Origin: Thraustochytrium aureum
Taxonomy: Eukaryota
Direction: 5' to 3'
DNA length: 64,000 nucleotides
Assembly (NCBI GenBank): GCA_012862495.1
Contig: BLSG01000402.1
Coordinates: forward strand, 247,701-311,700
This document shows, piece by piece, positions 44,865 to 58,400 of this stretch. The first letter of the stretch is position 1, and each line of letters opens with the position of its first letter. The translations under genes were made by a program, and so were the position numbers. The notes beneath the pieces are model-generated. The model was not told the DNA's origin. It saw only the letters and a program-made list of their open reading frames with translations, and did no database searches.

Positions 44865-47800
44865 ATGGCGGAGCCCGAAGCCGAGGCTGGCCCACGAGGT
44901 ACGAGGAAAACGATGGGGACCGATGGCGCCAGCATGGAGGACGCCGGGGGCAAAAGCGTGCTGCAGGCGTTTTGGTCGCTGGCAGAGACGGACAATAAGG
45001 CGAGGCTGCAGGGGATCAAAGACCTGGTCGAGTTTGACTCGGTCAGGGACACCGAAAGCACCGATCACGCCTACACGGTCAAGCGGCTGGTGCGCGGTCT
45101 GACGAGCTCGAGGGGCGTCGCGAGGCAGGGGTTTGCCGTCGCGTTGACCCAGCTGCTGCGCGCCTGCGACGCGGACGTCGAGTTCGTCCTGGAACAACTG
45201 CTCCAGAGCACAGAAGCCTCTGTCAACATGCGCGGCCAAGAGCTACGCGAGCAGATGTTCGGACGCCTCTTCGGCTTCATGGCCATTGTGCGGTCAGACC
45301 GGTGCGGCAGCCTCGGCGAGGTGCTCGCCACGGTCGTGAGCGAATCTGTCGCCATCAGCATGAAAAAGTCCTGGGTGGAGGAGTTGGCCCTTGAGACAGC
45401 CGCCGACGCAATCATGTGCGCGGACAAAGACGCACTGCGCGTGATCGCGAACCAGTGCGGCTCGTTCGGCGTCAAGGCAGCCTCTGTGGCTGATCTGAGC
45501 GCTGCCCAGCTGAGCCTGGCCGCCACCCTGGACCGCGCGACGCGAGAAAACAGAAAAGCGCGCAAGATGCTAAAGTCTCAGGAAGGCGCCGTGCTGGTCC
45601 TCCCCCGGGCGTCTGGGGAACTGTCTAGCGCAGTCTACGAAGATTTCTTGGCCCCGCTGCGGCAGGCCGCGCATACCACCCCACGCCTACACTCTGTGTG
45701 GCCCAAGGTGCTCTGGGTGGTACTTCGCGCCGGCCGCGAGGCCCTCAAGGTGTTTTGGGAGCTGGTTGTGCGCGATTTCGTGCTTGGGCCGAGCCACGAG
45801 CGCAAGTTTTGTGCAATGCTCGCACTGGAAGTCGCAGTCGAGCTGTTGGTAAACGAGGGCGAGTCTGAGCACATCGTCGACGTCCTCCTGGTGCCCGACC
45901 TGCGCCGCTTTCTCGTGCGCGCAGCGGGCGCAAAGGACCGGATATTGCACAAGGCAGCCCGTGCCTGCTTGACCAGGGTAGCCAAAGTCTTGCGGAATAG
46001 CTCCGTCCGAGACTCGGTCAAGCTCGCCGTCGTCGACACCTTCCGCAGCGAGTCGGGCATAAGCCAGGACCTGCTCGCGCTCATCTTGAACGGCACCGTT
46101 GAGGGGGACCAAGTCACAGAGGACGGAACAATCACTGCGGCCTTGGCTGAACTCGACGCCTCGACCAGCGCCAAGGTCGAGGAGCTGCAGAATCGGGCCG
46201 TCGAGACCGGCGACCCGGTCTGGCTCGGCCTCTTGCACAAGCTCGCCAAACCGGTCAAGAACCCAGGCATGCGCTGGGCGCTCTACATTGGAATCGTCCG
46301 CTTCCTGACGCCCCTCGCGCTGTTCGACGCGAAAGCGGACGAGCAGAACAACAAGGCGGCAAAGCTCGCTGCGCCGGCTGCCGTGCTGCTCTCTAAGGTT
46401 CTGACCGAGATGGTGGCCTTGGAGAAGGCGACTACCAAGCAGGAATCCAAGAGGGAAAACGCAGCCGCATTCTGGCTGCCCAAGGCGAGTTCCGCGGACG
46501 GTCTCCCTCGACCCGGTGACGCGGTGCGCCAAGTCAACGACCTCATCGAGGCTCACCTGCAAAACGGCGGCGGCCTGCCGTCACCCTGTCGGAGGCCGAG
46601 CGCGCAGCTCGGGCCTCGGCGCTCGCGTTTTGCGGCAGTCTAGCGGCGACCAAGCCGCGCAAGCAAGAGCTTGGCCGACTCCGGATCGCGCTCGCCTCCC
46701 TGGCCCACCACCTCGCCCTGCAAGTCGTTCTGCTTGCCGACGCCGAAGAGGTCTCGGTGGACCTCGTCGAGGTCATTGACGACCTCGTGGTGTCCGGCAC
46801 GCAGCTGGCTCAGGACCAAGGGCTCCTCGGCCGCGGCAAGGCGAGCAGCGCGAAGGCCGCCAGTGAGAAGGAGGACNNNNNNNNNNNNNNNNNNNNNNNN
46901 NNNNNNNNNNNNNNNNNNNNNNNNNNNNNNNNNNNNNNNNNNNNNNNNNNNNNNNNNNNNNNNNNNNNNNNNNNNNNNNNNNNNNNNNNNNNNNNNNNNN
47001 NNNNNNNNNNNNNNNNNNNNNNNNNNNNNNNNNNNNNNNNNNNNNNNNNNNNNNNNNNNNNNNNNNNNNNNNNNNNNNNNNNNNNNNNNNNNNNNNNNNN
47101 NNNNNNNNNNNNNNNNNNNNNNNNNNCAAACTCAACGAGGTCGCCGTCGTTGTCGACGTAATGATCGCCACGCTCGCCCAGCCCTCCGCCCTCTTGCGCG
47201 GCGGCATGTCTATCGCTTTCTTCAGCCTCACGGACTTTGTAGAGTCGGATACGATGGACACAATCTTTGAGGTCCTGTGCTCGCGCCACACCATGAACGC
47301 GCCTAGCGAGAGCAAGCCGGCGGAGGGATCCGACTCGGGAAGCGAGAGCGGGGACGAAGACGACGCCGAGTCCGCGAGCGACAAGGAGGATGGAGGTGTT
47401 CAAGTTGAGGCCGACAACAAAAAGACACCCGCCAAGGAAGATGGTGGCAAGGGCGGCAAGGACAGCGACGAGGACAGCGACGAGGACAGCGACGAGGACG
47501 GTGGAAGTAAGAGCGACGATGCCATGGACGTCGACGCTGACGGTTTCGCTGGGGCGCTCGCTGCGGCTGCGCCCCTCTTCGACAGCGACGCTGAAGACGA
47601 AGAGGACGAGTCGACACGCGAGATGCGCAAGTATGACGATGCCCTCGCCTCCTTTGTGCGCGCCAACCTGGATCGCAAGAAGAACAGCGACAAGAGCGTC
47701 AAGGAGCGCGCGGAACTCGACAAGCTCAACCTGAAAATGCGCGTCCTGGACCTCGTCGAGGCGTTCGTGGAGGCGCAGCCCGCCAGCCCGCTTGTTCTCC

Positions 47801-49092
47801 TCCTCCCCGCCAACTTGATGACGGCCGCAACGCATTGCTTCCTGCAGCGCAATACGAAAAAATCGGTGGAGCTCCTCAACCTCTCCGAGTCGCTCTTCAG
47901 GCGTCTCGACGAGGTTGCCCGAGCAATCTGGCGGAGCCGGAAGGACCAGACCTTTGACAAGACCGCCACTTTTTCGCTGGACAAAGAGGGGCAGTGCTTC
48001 GAGTCCTTGCGGCTCGGCAATCTTGCAGAGCGCCTCAAGCTCAGCGACGTTGAAGCTTTCGGCGCCTCCGAGGAGATGACCCCGGACGTCATTCTCAAGC
48101 AAACGATTCAGCTGGCGGTTGCCAACTTGCGCGCTGCCGCGACGCCAAAGGTCCGAGTCATGGCAAAAGCCGCCGCACTCTGGGCGACGCAGGTCGGCTT
48201 CGCGCGCGGCGGCCTCAGCATTGCCGACGCCGTCGGGCCCTTCTCGGGGGCGCTCAAGGAGAAGACGCTTCGCAAGAACTCGCTCGTTTTTGACGATCTC
48301 TTCGAGGCCATTTTCCAGCGCGTTCCAGAGCTTGCTTGCGCGCTCGCTCCTTTGCTCTGCAAATACAGCATGGAGGTCGTGCGCCCTGCCAGCAGAGTGC
48401 AAGCGATCACCAGCGCCGCGATGGTGCTGCGCAGGCCCCAGGGCGCCGAGGCGGTCAAAGAGCTCGCGGACGCCTTCGGCCAGGCACTCGCCAGTCTCCT
48501 CGACGACATGGCGGCGCTGAAGAACGCCTCGCTCACTTCGAAGAGCAACGTCCAGGCGGCCGTCCGCACGTTGTCTGCGCTGAAGAAGGCATGCCGTGCG
48601 AGCGACGTGTCTCTGCCGCCTGCCTGCGACGAGAAGATTCAAGGGCACTTGAAGACGCTAGCGGAGACTACGCACTCTAGCGTTCCGCAGGCCGTCAAGG
48701 CGAGCCTTGCCAACGCGCTGCAAGTCATGTATGGCGAAAAGGTTGTCGTCGGCAAGCAAGAAGCGCCGCCGAAGGCTGAGCCCAAGGACCCCAAGAAGCC
48801 CAGCGCCAAGAGTCCCAAGAAAATGGCTGCTGCAGACGACAACAACAGCGATGAGGACGAAGGCCAAGCGACAAAGTCGAAGGGCAAGTCGCCCAAGGCG
48901 AAGGGCGGCGCGCCCGGTGGCAAGAAGCAAGTCAAGCCGGGCAAGCGGAAGCGCGGCGACACCGAGACCTCATCTAAAAGCCCAAGCACTGGCCCCACGC
49001 GTGCTGCCAAAAAGGCCAAGAAGGCGGCAGACCACCAGGCGCGCAAGGCCGCCAAGGCCGCGCGCAAGGCCGAGCGAACCAAGGCAAAATAG
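44865..49092 (+). CDS. MYBBP1A: MYBBP1A/Pol5 (DNA polymerase phi-like) nucleolar protein; frameshift at ~46570 and internal gap
   Basis: FWSLAE...YTVKRLVRGLTSSRGVARQGFAVALTQLL, TTPRLHSVW, SHERKF, acidic tract, YDDALASF...KMRVLDLVE, Lys-rich tail. Confidence 0.88.
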
Positions 49093-49707
49093 GTTCGACC
49101 TGGTCCTGCCAACCCGGGATCGTGCACTCATGTCTAACACACAGATTTTGATTTGAATAGCCTGCCGCTCCCGCTGCCTGCCAAACTGATTGAACCAAGT
49201 CTTGCAGTGCGTTTGGCCGCTCGGCACTGTGTTCCGCCTGCACCAACAGGCTTCCCGAGTATGGCGCAAGATTGCTCGACACATGCTCAGAAACGCCGAA
49301 CCTCCGCCGCAGGCCAGCATCGGCAAGCAGAAGAAGCCTGCGACGGGNNNNNNNNNNNNNNNNNNNNNNNNNNNNNNNNNNNNNNNNNNNNNNNNNNNNN
49401 NNNNNNNNNNNNNNNNNNNNNNNNNNNNNNNNNNNNNNNNNNNNNNNNNNNNNNNNNNNNNNNNNNNNNNNNNNNNNNNNNNNNNNNNNNNNNNNNNNNN
49501 NNNNNNNNNNNNNNNNNNNNNNNNNNNNNNNNNNNNNNNNNNNNNNNNNNNNNNNNNNNNNNNNNNNNNNNNNNNNNNNNNNNNNNNNNNNNNNNNNNGT
49601 TGTCGTACCTGTTTCTTCTGCCTGCCCGCGTCGGTACCCACGCACTGGGGACGCGCGCTATTGAAAACAGCGACAGCTGGTCTGCGCGTCCAGGAAGACT
49701 TTTCTAG

Positions 49708-51276
49708 CTATGCATGCATGTCCTGGAGCTGATTGTCGCGTTCGTCGATCTGCGTTTCGTACTTTGAAAGCTCTGCGAAAAACGTCGCCTGGAGCCCAGA
49801 TGCAATCGCGGCGTCAGAAAAATACTGGAAAGCAAAACGATACGGAATGCAGTCGCGCAGGCGGCGCTGTGGCTCGCATACGCGCTGGACACGAGCGAGA
49901 AGCGATCTGGCAACCTGTTTGCACAGAAACGCCTCCATTTCCTCCCTGAAGAGGACGTTCTCGCCAGAGGAGGCCACTGTGCGGACGAGTCTGTTGAGCA
50001 CGGCGCGGTCGAGCACGTGATCCATCATCTTGGCCACGAGACGAAACTCTGCCTGCTTGCGCCTTGTCTTGACGAGCTCGTTGCCTTCTTCGAATGCTGC
50101 TGTTGCTGCCTGGCCGACGAGCTCGTCTATCACAGCACCGAGGATCGAGTCGGCGCAAGACTGGACGCGCTCCTCGTACAGTGCAAGCTCTGCCGTTTCA
50201 CGGAGCTCTGGCTCGAGGAGTGCCTCGAGGAAGGCCTCAAACTGCTGCATAAACAAAAAGTCGTCTACCATCTCTTGGAGTGCAGAGCGCACAATCTCGG
50301 CCGTTTGTTTGGCGAGCGCCTCGTCTAGAACGCAAGCCATAGCAGCGAGCACGGGGTCTTTGTCCCGCTTGGCCGCTTGAACTTTAAGAAAGTCGTCTGT
50401 GAACTCCCTGATTGAAACGCGGACGACGGCGTGCATTTCTGCTCCAACCACGCGGCGCATTACATCCTCGAATATCTGGTACGCTATTTGATCCTCTGCG
50501 CTCACTGGATCGAACTCGTTGCCTTTATTGGTCACCACATCGATCAGGAGGTCAGGAATGAACTCGCCGCGCAGGTAGCCTTCGATGAGTTCCTCAACGA
50601 CATGCGCGTAGATGGCATCTTTGTCGACGAGGCTGTCAATGAACTGCCGCGCGAAGAAGCCGCGCACCGTCTTTTGGATCACCCGTGCAGACTCGGCTTG
50701 CTCCTCGGCCGTTGCTCCGCGAGCCTTTTCCTTCGCTTCCCTGGGATGCGAGTGCCTTCGCGCAGTTCTTCTGTCCTTTTTGGGGCGTGGCCTGCTGAAG
50801 CAGCTTGAGCTCGACCTTGCGCTGGAGGAGCTGCTTTCGTTTGAGCTAGAGCTGCGCGAGTCCAAATCGTCAGCGTCGTCATCGTGCCGCCGACCTCGCC
50901 GACCTCGCCGACTCTGCTTCTTGCGCGCCCTTTGCCCTTTGCGCCTTCGCCCGGGCGTTGAGCCACATCCGCGCCCGCGAGCGGCTGCAGCACTGTCTGA
51001 GAAGACGTTGATGTTTATGGGCTGAGCCAGGCCGCTCGTGCAGCTAAGCGGCGCGCCGAGCCCATTGGCGGCGTCGTGTCCATTGGCGTGAAACCCGGGC
51101 GTTGAGGCAACGAAGTGCCCGCCCGCTGGTGATCCAAACACGAAAGCGGGGCCCGGCGTCCACCCAGAGCCCTCGGCACTGCCCTTTTCGCACCCTGCGA
51201 CAGGGGTGCGAGCTTTGTGGCAATTTTGGGGGCGGGCCTCCTCGTCGCGCTCGCTTGCCTGCCTGCGGAATTCCAT
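49708..51276 (-). CDS. IQ-motif helical protein
   Basis: ARVIQKTVRGFFARQ IQ motif; Ser/Arg-rich N-region and helical C-region. Confidence 0.7.
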   Translation of the reverse strand: MEFRRQASERDEEARPQNCHKARTPVAGCEKGSAEGSGWTPGPAFVFGSPAGGHFVASTPGFHANGHDAANGLGAPLSCTSGLAQPININVFSDSAAAARGRGCGSTPGRRRKGQRARKKQSRRGRRGRRHDDDADDLDSRSSSSNESSSSSARSSSSCFSRPRPKKDRRTARRHSHPREAKEKARGATAEEQAESARVIQKTVRGFFARQFIDSLVDKDAIYAHVVEELIEGYLRGEFIPDLLIDVVTNKGNEFDPVSAEDQIAYQIFEDVMRRVVGAEMHAVVRVSIREFTDDFLKVQAAKRDKDPVLAAMACVLDEALAKQTAEIVRSALQEMVDDFLFMQQFEAFLEALLEPELRETAELALYEERVQSCADSILGAVIDELVGQAATAAFEEGNELVKTRRKQAEFRLVAKMMDHVLDRAVLNRLVRTVASSGENVLFREEMEAFLCKQVARSLLARVQRVCEPQRRLRDCIPYRFAFQYFSDAAIASGLQATFFAELSKYETQIDERDNQLQDMHA

Positions 51277-51372
51277 CTCGAGCAGCTGTGCGCCGGCGCG
51301 CTTTGCTGGAGCACTGGACCAGGAGCAGGCAAAGCCAGAGCAGGAGTCTTCGCAAGCAAGAACGCACGGCGA

Positions 51373-51427
51373 CCTCAACAGCGGCGCGCCCTCAACAGCC
51401 GCGCGCCCTCAACAGCCGCGCGCCCTC
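51373..51427. repeat. 17-bp tandem repeat x3
   Basis: cctcaacagc(g/c)gcgcgc occurs three times. Confidence 0.85.
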
Positions 51428-51686
51428 GCGCAAGGCGGCTCGGGCTTCTTTGCTCTGGCGCGTGGGGCGCCAGCACGCGGCCGTGGTCCTCAGCGCCGCT
51501 GCCGTCAAGCTGGCAAGCGCTGCCAGGGCGAGAAACGCGACGAGGCAGCCGCGCATCCAGCGCGCGCTCAAGCCAGCTCTGCCGCGCCCCGCGTCGCGAG
51601 CAGCAGGCTGGCGAGCAATGCCTCGCGCCCAAAAATCGGGCCCTGCGCATCGCACCACAACGGCTCTCGCGCGACGATTCACAACA

Positions 51687-51930
51687 TGGCTGGACTCGCC
51701 CTCTGCTCTGGTGAACAAGGAGGTAACCTCTCGGTACTCCGAGCAGCTGCTCGGGTGGTGGAGGGCTGACGACGGCCTTGAAGCTGACGTGCGCTCTGCG
51801 CCTCTGCGGCACGCCACGCACGCCCATCATCAGGCAGGCCCTCGTGGTGGGCGGGCGCGTCGGTGGGCCGCTGCGCAGCAGCACCACCATCAAGCATCGT
51901 CGCGCGGTTGGGGTGCTGCTCTGCTCTGCG
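51687..51930 (+). pseudogene. Possible degenerate hAT transposase C-terminal dimerisation-domain remnant
   Basis: Across a frameshift: EVTSRY..EQLLGWW, then LKLTCALRLCGTPRT...GRVGGPLRSS...AVGVLL, resembling hAT C-terminal spacing. Confidence 0.3.
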
Positions 51931-52413
51931 CGAAAGATGCGAAAGATGGGAAAAATGAAAGAAAGAGCGCCGGAGCACCCGCCTGCGCAGGGACGCCTCG
52001 CTGCGCCACACAGGCGGCTCGCTGGCGTGGACATCCTTATCGCCCTCCTCCCTCTCCTCCTCGCTCAACCAACAACATCTTGGCCATTCTGTCGCGTTTG
52101 CTTGGCTCGGTCTGCGGCCTGCGGTCATGTTTTCGTCGGCTTTCGTCGGCTTTTGTCGTGTTTTTGGTCGTGTTTTTTGTCGTGTTTTTGGTTGTTTTTT
52201 CTTTGGTTTTTGGTTTTTTTTTTCTGGTTTTCGATTGGGCGGCGGCGTCGCAGTATCCTTTGGGCGAGCAGACGACGAGCGGCGGCGGCGGTGGGGCGGG
52301 CGCCGCGGCTGCACGGCGGCGAGAAGAGCGCGGGGGCCGGGCAGGAGCTGGTGGCGTCGGGGCGGCTGGCGCGGTCCCGGTTCTGCCTGCTCGGTTGGCA
52401 GGAGGACGGCAGG

Positions 52414-55400
52414 ATGTCCTCGAACGGGCGCGGCGCCGCGGCGCGCAGAACGCCGCCCGAGTCGCACGTGATCGTGCGGGAGGGGACGATGCTCGAGAAG
52501 GAGTTTAAGCTGAATGCGAAGAGCAGGGCCGATGCCGGCGATGCGCCGCGGTTCGAGGAGGACGACGCGGACGACTGGGAGAACGAGTCCGTGGACGGCG
52601 CGTCGACGACGACGACGCGCGTGGTCGAGCACGAGTCGCGGGAGTTTATCGGGTGGCGGCGGCGCGACATGCTGCTCTTTGCGAACGGAAACCTCGTGCT
52701 CAACCCTGTTAGCAAAAAAGGGTTTAGGATCTGGCCCTTCTCGCACCGCCGCAGCCACGAGGTAGAGCGTGGCAGAGTGATCCCGTTAGGGAGCTGCGCC
52801 TTCCGGAAGATCGTCTTCGACGACGACTCCAAGCTCTTCGTGTTCAAGATCGTGCCGCACGGCGACGCGCTGCAGGCCATCGACCTGGGCTCCACCACCG
52901 AGCGAAAAGCCCAAGAGTGGTTTCGGGACATCCTTGGCGTCGCGTCCGTCTCCCATGCCCAGGCCAGCGGCGACGGGGGCAAGCTCCGAATGCGGCTGAG
53001 CGCCGAAGATGCCGCACTACGGGAGCACGCAGATATGCTGCGCTGCAGGGACGCCTGGAAACAGGCCTTTTTCGAAATGCAAGCCAAGGTCCGCGAGCTC
53101 CCACGGCGGCATTGGAACGAGGAGTTTTCGCCCCGCGCCTCGCGCGGGGATGTGTTTGCCCTCTTCCGCGTCTGGCGCGATTACTCTGCCTTTGCGATCG
53201 CCTACATTCACAGCGCGGACGAGAACACAGGCAGTCGCTCTGCGACACCGGGAGCGGTGGGCGGCAGCGGCGGCCTGGGGTCGGGAAATCCGACCCCGTG
53301 CCCTCCGCCATCGCGCGAGGCATCGCCTTGGAGCAGCACTTTGCAGTCTTCGCTGGCGTCGGGCAGGCGGCGCACGAGTTCCAAGAGGTCCGCATGATGG
53401 ACGCGGTGCAGCTGTTCTTTGACGCAAAGGGCGTTCTTCTCGTCCTCGACGACAGCGCCAGCGCGCTCTCTTCGTCGGCTTCGTTTTCGGGCGCGTCGCA
53501 ACAGTCGCTGCAAGTGCCAGCGCCACGGTTGCAAGTCTCCGCGTCGCTGCTCCTGGCGAACGGCGAGTCAGCGCTCGTGACGCCGACGCGCCCGTTTGCG
53601 CTGGATAGCGAAATTGATAGCCAGCGCGAGCTCGAGGAGATCGAGCCGTTTGAGACGCCTTTCCTTCGCCCCCTCGTGGCGGCGCGCTTCGACCTGCTGT
53701 GGGGCGTTCTCCTCACCCCAGTTGGCAAGGCGATTACGGTGCGGGTGCCCCGAAGCCGCGCCGAGCGCGATGCTACGATTCTCGGGCTTCTGGGGTCTTC
53801 GGGGGACGAGCAGCCCCTCCGCCTAGAGCACCGGGAGTGTCGGTTCCTGTTCCTTCGCCACGGCGAGGACGTTCCGGAGAACCGCGCTGGGTCCGCGCTG
53901 CTTCGCAAGCCGGTGCGCGGCAACTTGCTCCTTTTCGCGCTTGAGAACGGCCGCTTTCGCGAGGTGACGCCGGGTACAGCGCTGATGCGGCCCGAATATC
54001 CTTCCTGCAGACTGGATCTCTTTCGCGAGTACTTTACGAGGATCAACAAGGCGCGCCGCGTGAGCCCAGAGCGCAATGCGCGCCTTGTCCGGGCCGTTCT
54101 CAGCGCCGAGGTGGTCGTGTCCGAGGACGTCATGCTTCACTGCACGTATGCGGCGGCAATGCGGCTTGACCAGCACGCGGCACTGGTGCGGCACCCGCGC
54201 CAGATCGTCACCCTCCTCCACGCCCACGGCGCCCCCGTGACGGCGCAGAGCCTTCGCGCTTTGCGCCTGCACCTCGGGCCCGCGACCGCGGCGGTCACGG
54301 ACGCTGACTACTACCTACATCACTTCCGAGGCAACCTTGCCGCCGCAGAGGTCTACATGCTCCACCGCGACTCGGGCGCAGACGAGTCCGACGAGGCGAG
54401 AGATTTGCGCAAGGCCAAAGTGCGCCGTGCGCTGATTGGGGCTTGGTCGCGTCTCTCCGGCCACGTTTTGCGCGTCGCAAGCCTCGCGGGCGCGATGGAC
54501 GATATCGGGCGCCTCGAAGACCTCACCCAGCACACCGATCTCTCGTACGAGGGCAACAACCGGTCGTACCTGACCCATGGAGGAGAAGCTCTCTACGTCC
54601 AGCGGCTCTCGCGAGGCCTGAACAGGTGCACGGTGCGCGACCAGGCCAACCCAGACACGTTCCGCGACTTTCCCGTGGAGGCCCGGGACCCCCTCGCGCT
54701 TGCAGCAACCCTGCTGAACCGATCCGTGTACTCGCTAGAGCACAACGCGACGCGCTACGAGCTGCGCGAGAACGCCAGCCCTGCCGGCCCTTGCAGCCTC
54801 TACGCCTCGTTGGTTTCGCGGGTGTTCGTTTCCAGCGCACAGCAGGACGAAGCCCGGCAAAGCGCTATCAAAATCGAGATGGAGAAGCGGCGCGAGTCCA
54901 AAAGCAGAGGAAGGTCGGCTCGCGCGACCACAGCGCACTAGGAGGCTTGCAAATCCGCCGCGCGCGAGCTCCCAGCGGCTCGCTCGACCTCCCGGCCGAG
55001 TCTGACGCGCCAAGCGCCGCCGGCCCCGAGGTGTGGTGGTTCACGAGTGAGCGAAAACCCTCCGTGGTGTCTGTCGCCTGTGTGTCTTGGCTGCAAGTCG
55101 CTCTGTCGAGGGCAAGGGAGGGCACTAGACCCGGAGCGGTGCTGGATCGCGACCACATCATCGACGCCGTTGATGCCGCGGAGGAGATGGTACGATCCTC
55201 CAATTCGCTCATGCTCCTCTGCTGCAGCTTGGTTCGCGGCGTGCTCGCGACCAGAATCGAGTTTCTCATCTTTGCAATCAAGGTGTGCTTAGCCCAGCAC
55301 TTTGTCAACTGTACAAGGCTCGTGTACAACTTGCTCAACTGGCTTCTCTGGTTCCCTGGGGTGATGTGGAACGAGGCAGACCGAAACGCGATAAAGGAGC

Positions 55401-58400
55401 TCATCGAGGTGCGCCTTTCCCTCAAACCAAAGCTGCAACGCTCAACGCGCGCCAAGCTGCTGCAGCGCACGGTGCTGCGGCAATCCCCGATGGCCACCTT
55501 CCTGTTCGAAGCGGAAGACATGGTCATGAGCAGCGAACTCGATTCGCTTTTGGCGTCCTACTTTGGTCGGCTCCCGAGCTTTGGCGGCGAGCCCAGCGCA
55601 TTCGCCCGCGAGCACTCTCTCCAGAGTCTCTGCGACTTTTTCCGCGACCTCAGCAACGAGAGGAGCGGCAAGCGAACCCCGAAGCTTTCCAAGGCGCCGG
55701 GGACAAGTATGTCTCTGGGCGCCTCGTACCAGTCCCTTCCAAGCGAAAGCGGGTCAGCGACGCGGAATCGGGCCCTGAGCGCCGCGTCCGAAGAAAGCGG
55801 CTATGATACGGGCGACTCCGTCGACGGCAGCCGGCGTATCGGCCTGCCCAGCGACATTGTAGACCAGCTTGGCAACGGCGCTGCAGCGGCCCTCTCTGGG
55901 CTTCCGGGGGAAACCAAAACCGAGCAGCAGGAGCGCCGTCGGCAGGTAGGAAAGGAGAGCAACATGCTCGTCATCCGCGGCCCTGTGCAGGGACTGTCCA
56001 ACGAGGACGAGCAACTCCTTGCCGGGCCGCAAAGAGACCAAGAGCTCAACAGCGCCTTTTCCTCCCCGACGCGCCCCATCGGCGATCCCAAGGGCAAGCG
56101 CGGACGCGGTAGTTTTGGGAGCCTGGCGGACAGCATGGGCGGCGCAACGGATGCTGAGGGCGGTGGACGGGGAGGCGCCGGCGGCGAGGGCGCAGACACA
56201 GCGGACGAAACTGAGAGCAAGCAGCACAACCTCTCGTTTCTCGAAGCGACCCAGCCTATGAGCGAGGCGCTTCTGACGCGGCGCATCAGCATTGTTCGCG
56301 TGTCGTGCGGGCACAGGCACACTGCGCTTGTTACAAGGGCGGGCCTTTTGCTGACGTTCGGGTACGGCGGAGGCGGCCGTCTCGGTCATGGCTCAGAAGT
56401 AGACGTTCTGCAGCCTACAGTGGTAGACTGGTTTGCTCGTCGCAGGATTTACGTCGACGACGTCGAGTGCGGGCGGGACCACTCTGTCGCACTCTGCACG
56501 GAGCATTCGCGCCCTGGTGTCGCCTTTGCGTGGGGTTGGGGCGAGGCTGGTCGGCTCGGTCAAGGAAAGGAGATCGGAGTGCAGTCCACGCCCCTCAAGA
56601 TCGATCGCTTCGTCGAGGGGTCTGAACAAGTCTCCTCTGCGGCGGTCCAGATTATCGCCGCGGCGTGCGGTTACGAGCACACGCTGTTGCTCTCTGGCGC
56701 AGGCAAGCTCTATGCATGCGGTGCTGGGGGCTTCGGCCGCCTTGGGCTCGGCAGCGCAAGCGATCAGCTCACCCCGGTGCTTGTCGCCGGGAACCTTGAG
56801 GACGAATTCGTCGTCGCCGCTGCGGCGGGCGATGCGCACTCGCTAGCCTTGTCCAAGTCGGGGGTTGTATTCTCGTGGGGGTTTGGCCGCTCTGGCGCGC
56901 TCGGCCATGGCGACACCATGAACCGGCTCGAGCCAAAGCGGGTCGCGATGCTCGAGGACTCGCGCCTGATCGTCCAGGTCGGGTGCGGGGCGTACCACAG
57001 CGTCGCCTTGGACACGAGGGGGCGGGTTTGGGCCTGGGGAGACGCAGAAAATGGCCACCTCGGCATCGAGGGCCCCGTCGAGCAAGGCGAGAGCACCATC
57101 CCTCGAATGGTGCGGTTCAAGGGCACAAGCTCCGAGGGTGCCTGCATATCGACTATTTCGTGTGGGATGCACTCGACCTTTGCGATTGACGAGAACGGGA
57201 ACGTGTTCACCTGGGGCTCGCCGGACGTTGTCAAGACGCCAGCCTCCGTCCCTGTCAAAGTGTTTGGCGAGTATTCGGCGCGCAACAGGGGCGGCCGAGT
57301 TCTTGTCGGGGTTGGAACCTTTCACGCTGTTGCTCTGTTCGCATCCACCGAGGTGCAGCCGCGCATGACGCGGCCCTCAGTTGACATGCCGTTGGAGAGA
57401 ACCAAGACGGCGATGCGCTTCGAGGAGGAGACCGCGGTCTCGAGCTTGCGCGTCGACGAGGAGTACCCCTCGGCGGGGACCTCGCCGCTGAAGTCAACGG
57501 CATCGTTTCGGGGGCCGCGGACTGCCCCGGCGCGGTTGGACCTGGTAGGTGGGCCGCGGCCGCCTAACGCGCAAGCGCGGGTCTTCATTTGCGGCTCGCT
57601 CGACTCGTCGGGCGCTTTGGCAGACCTTGACGCCTTGTCGGACGACCGGCAGGCCATGGTCAAAGAGCTGATGATCCTTGGCTACTACGGCCGCAATCCG
57701 CCCAGCTCGCTTCTGGCCAGGCCAGAGCCGCAAATAAGGTACGACCGACCGACGGCGCTGGTCGAGCTGAATGGCAAGCGCATCGTCTCGGCGGCCGGGA
57801 GCCCGGACACCTGGGTCTTCACATCAGCCTCTCACGTGCTCTACCGCTGGGGCGCAAGGCACACCACGGCGCAGGTCGCACCCGAGCTGGAGATGCAGGA
57901 TATTGGAGCCACGACGGTGCTTGCCAGCCCGGGGGGCGACTGGCTCGGCGCCGTGACGTACAGGAACCGATCTAGCCCAGACTCGCGCACGTCAACGAAC
58001 GTGATTGTCTGGCAGAGCGACCAGAACCTCTCGTTGCGCCGCTCTTTGCGTACCGCCGCTTCGGACGCAAACCAATTCGCTACATCCACAGCCTTTGACC
58101 CGACGCTACTGTGGCCCTCGCATGACGAAATGCACGTCGTCGGCGCTGCCCTCGGGAGCAATCGGATGGCAGTCGTTGACTCTGACGGCACACTGTACTC
58201 GTTGTCGAGCGCTCCCGGTGCGCAGGGCCCCGAGGGGCCGCGAGGTGAAGGAGAGATTGTTGGAGCCCCTACCCCCGATTGGAGGGCCGGAGCGGCGCCA
58301 AAGGCAGCTGCGTTTGTGGAGCGCGAGATGGCTGCGCGCATCCGGCGCTTTTACGCTAAATACTGCCCGGAGAAGCTTCGACAAAACCCGGCGTTCCTAG

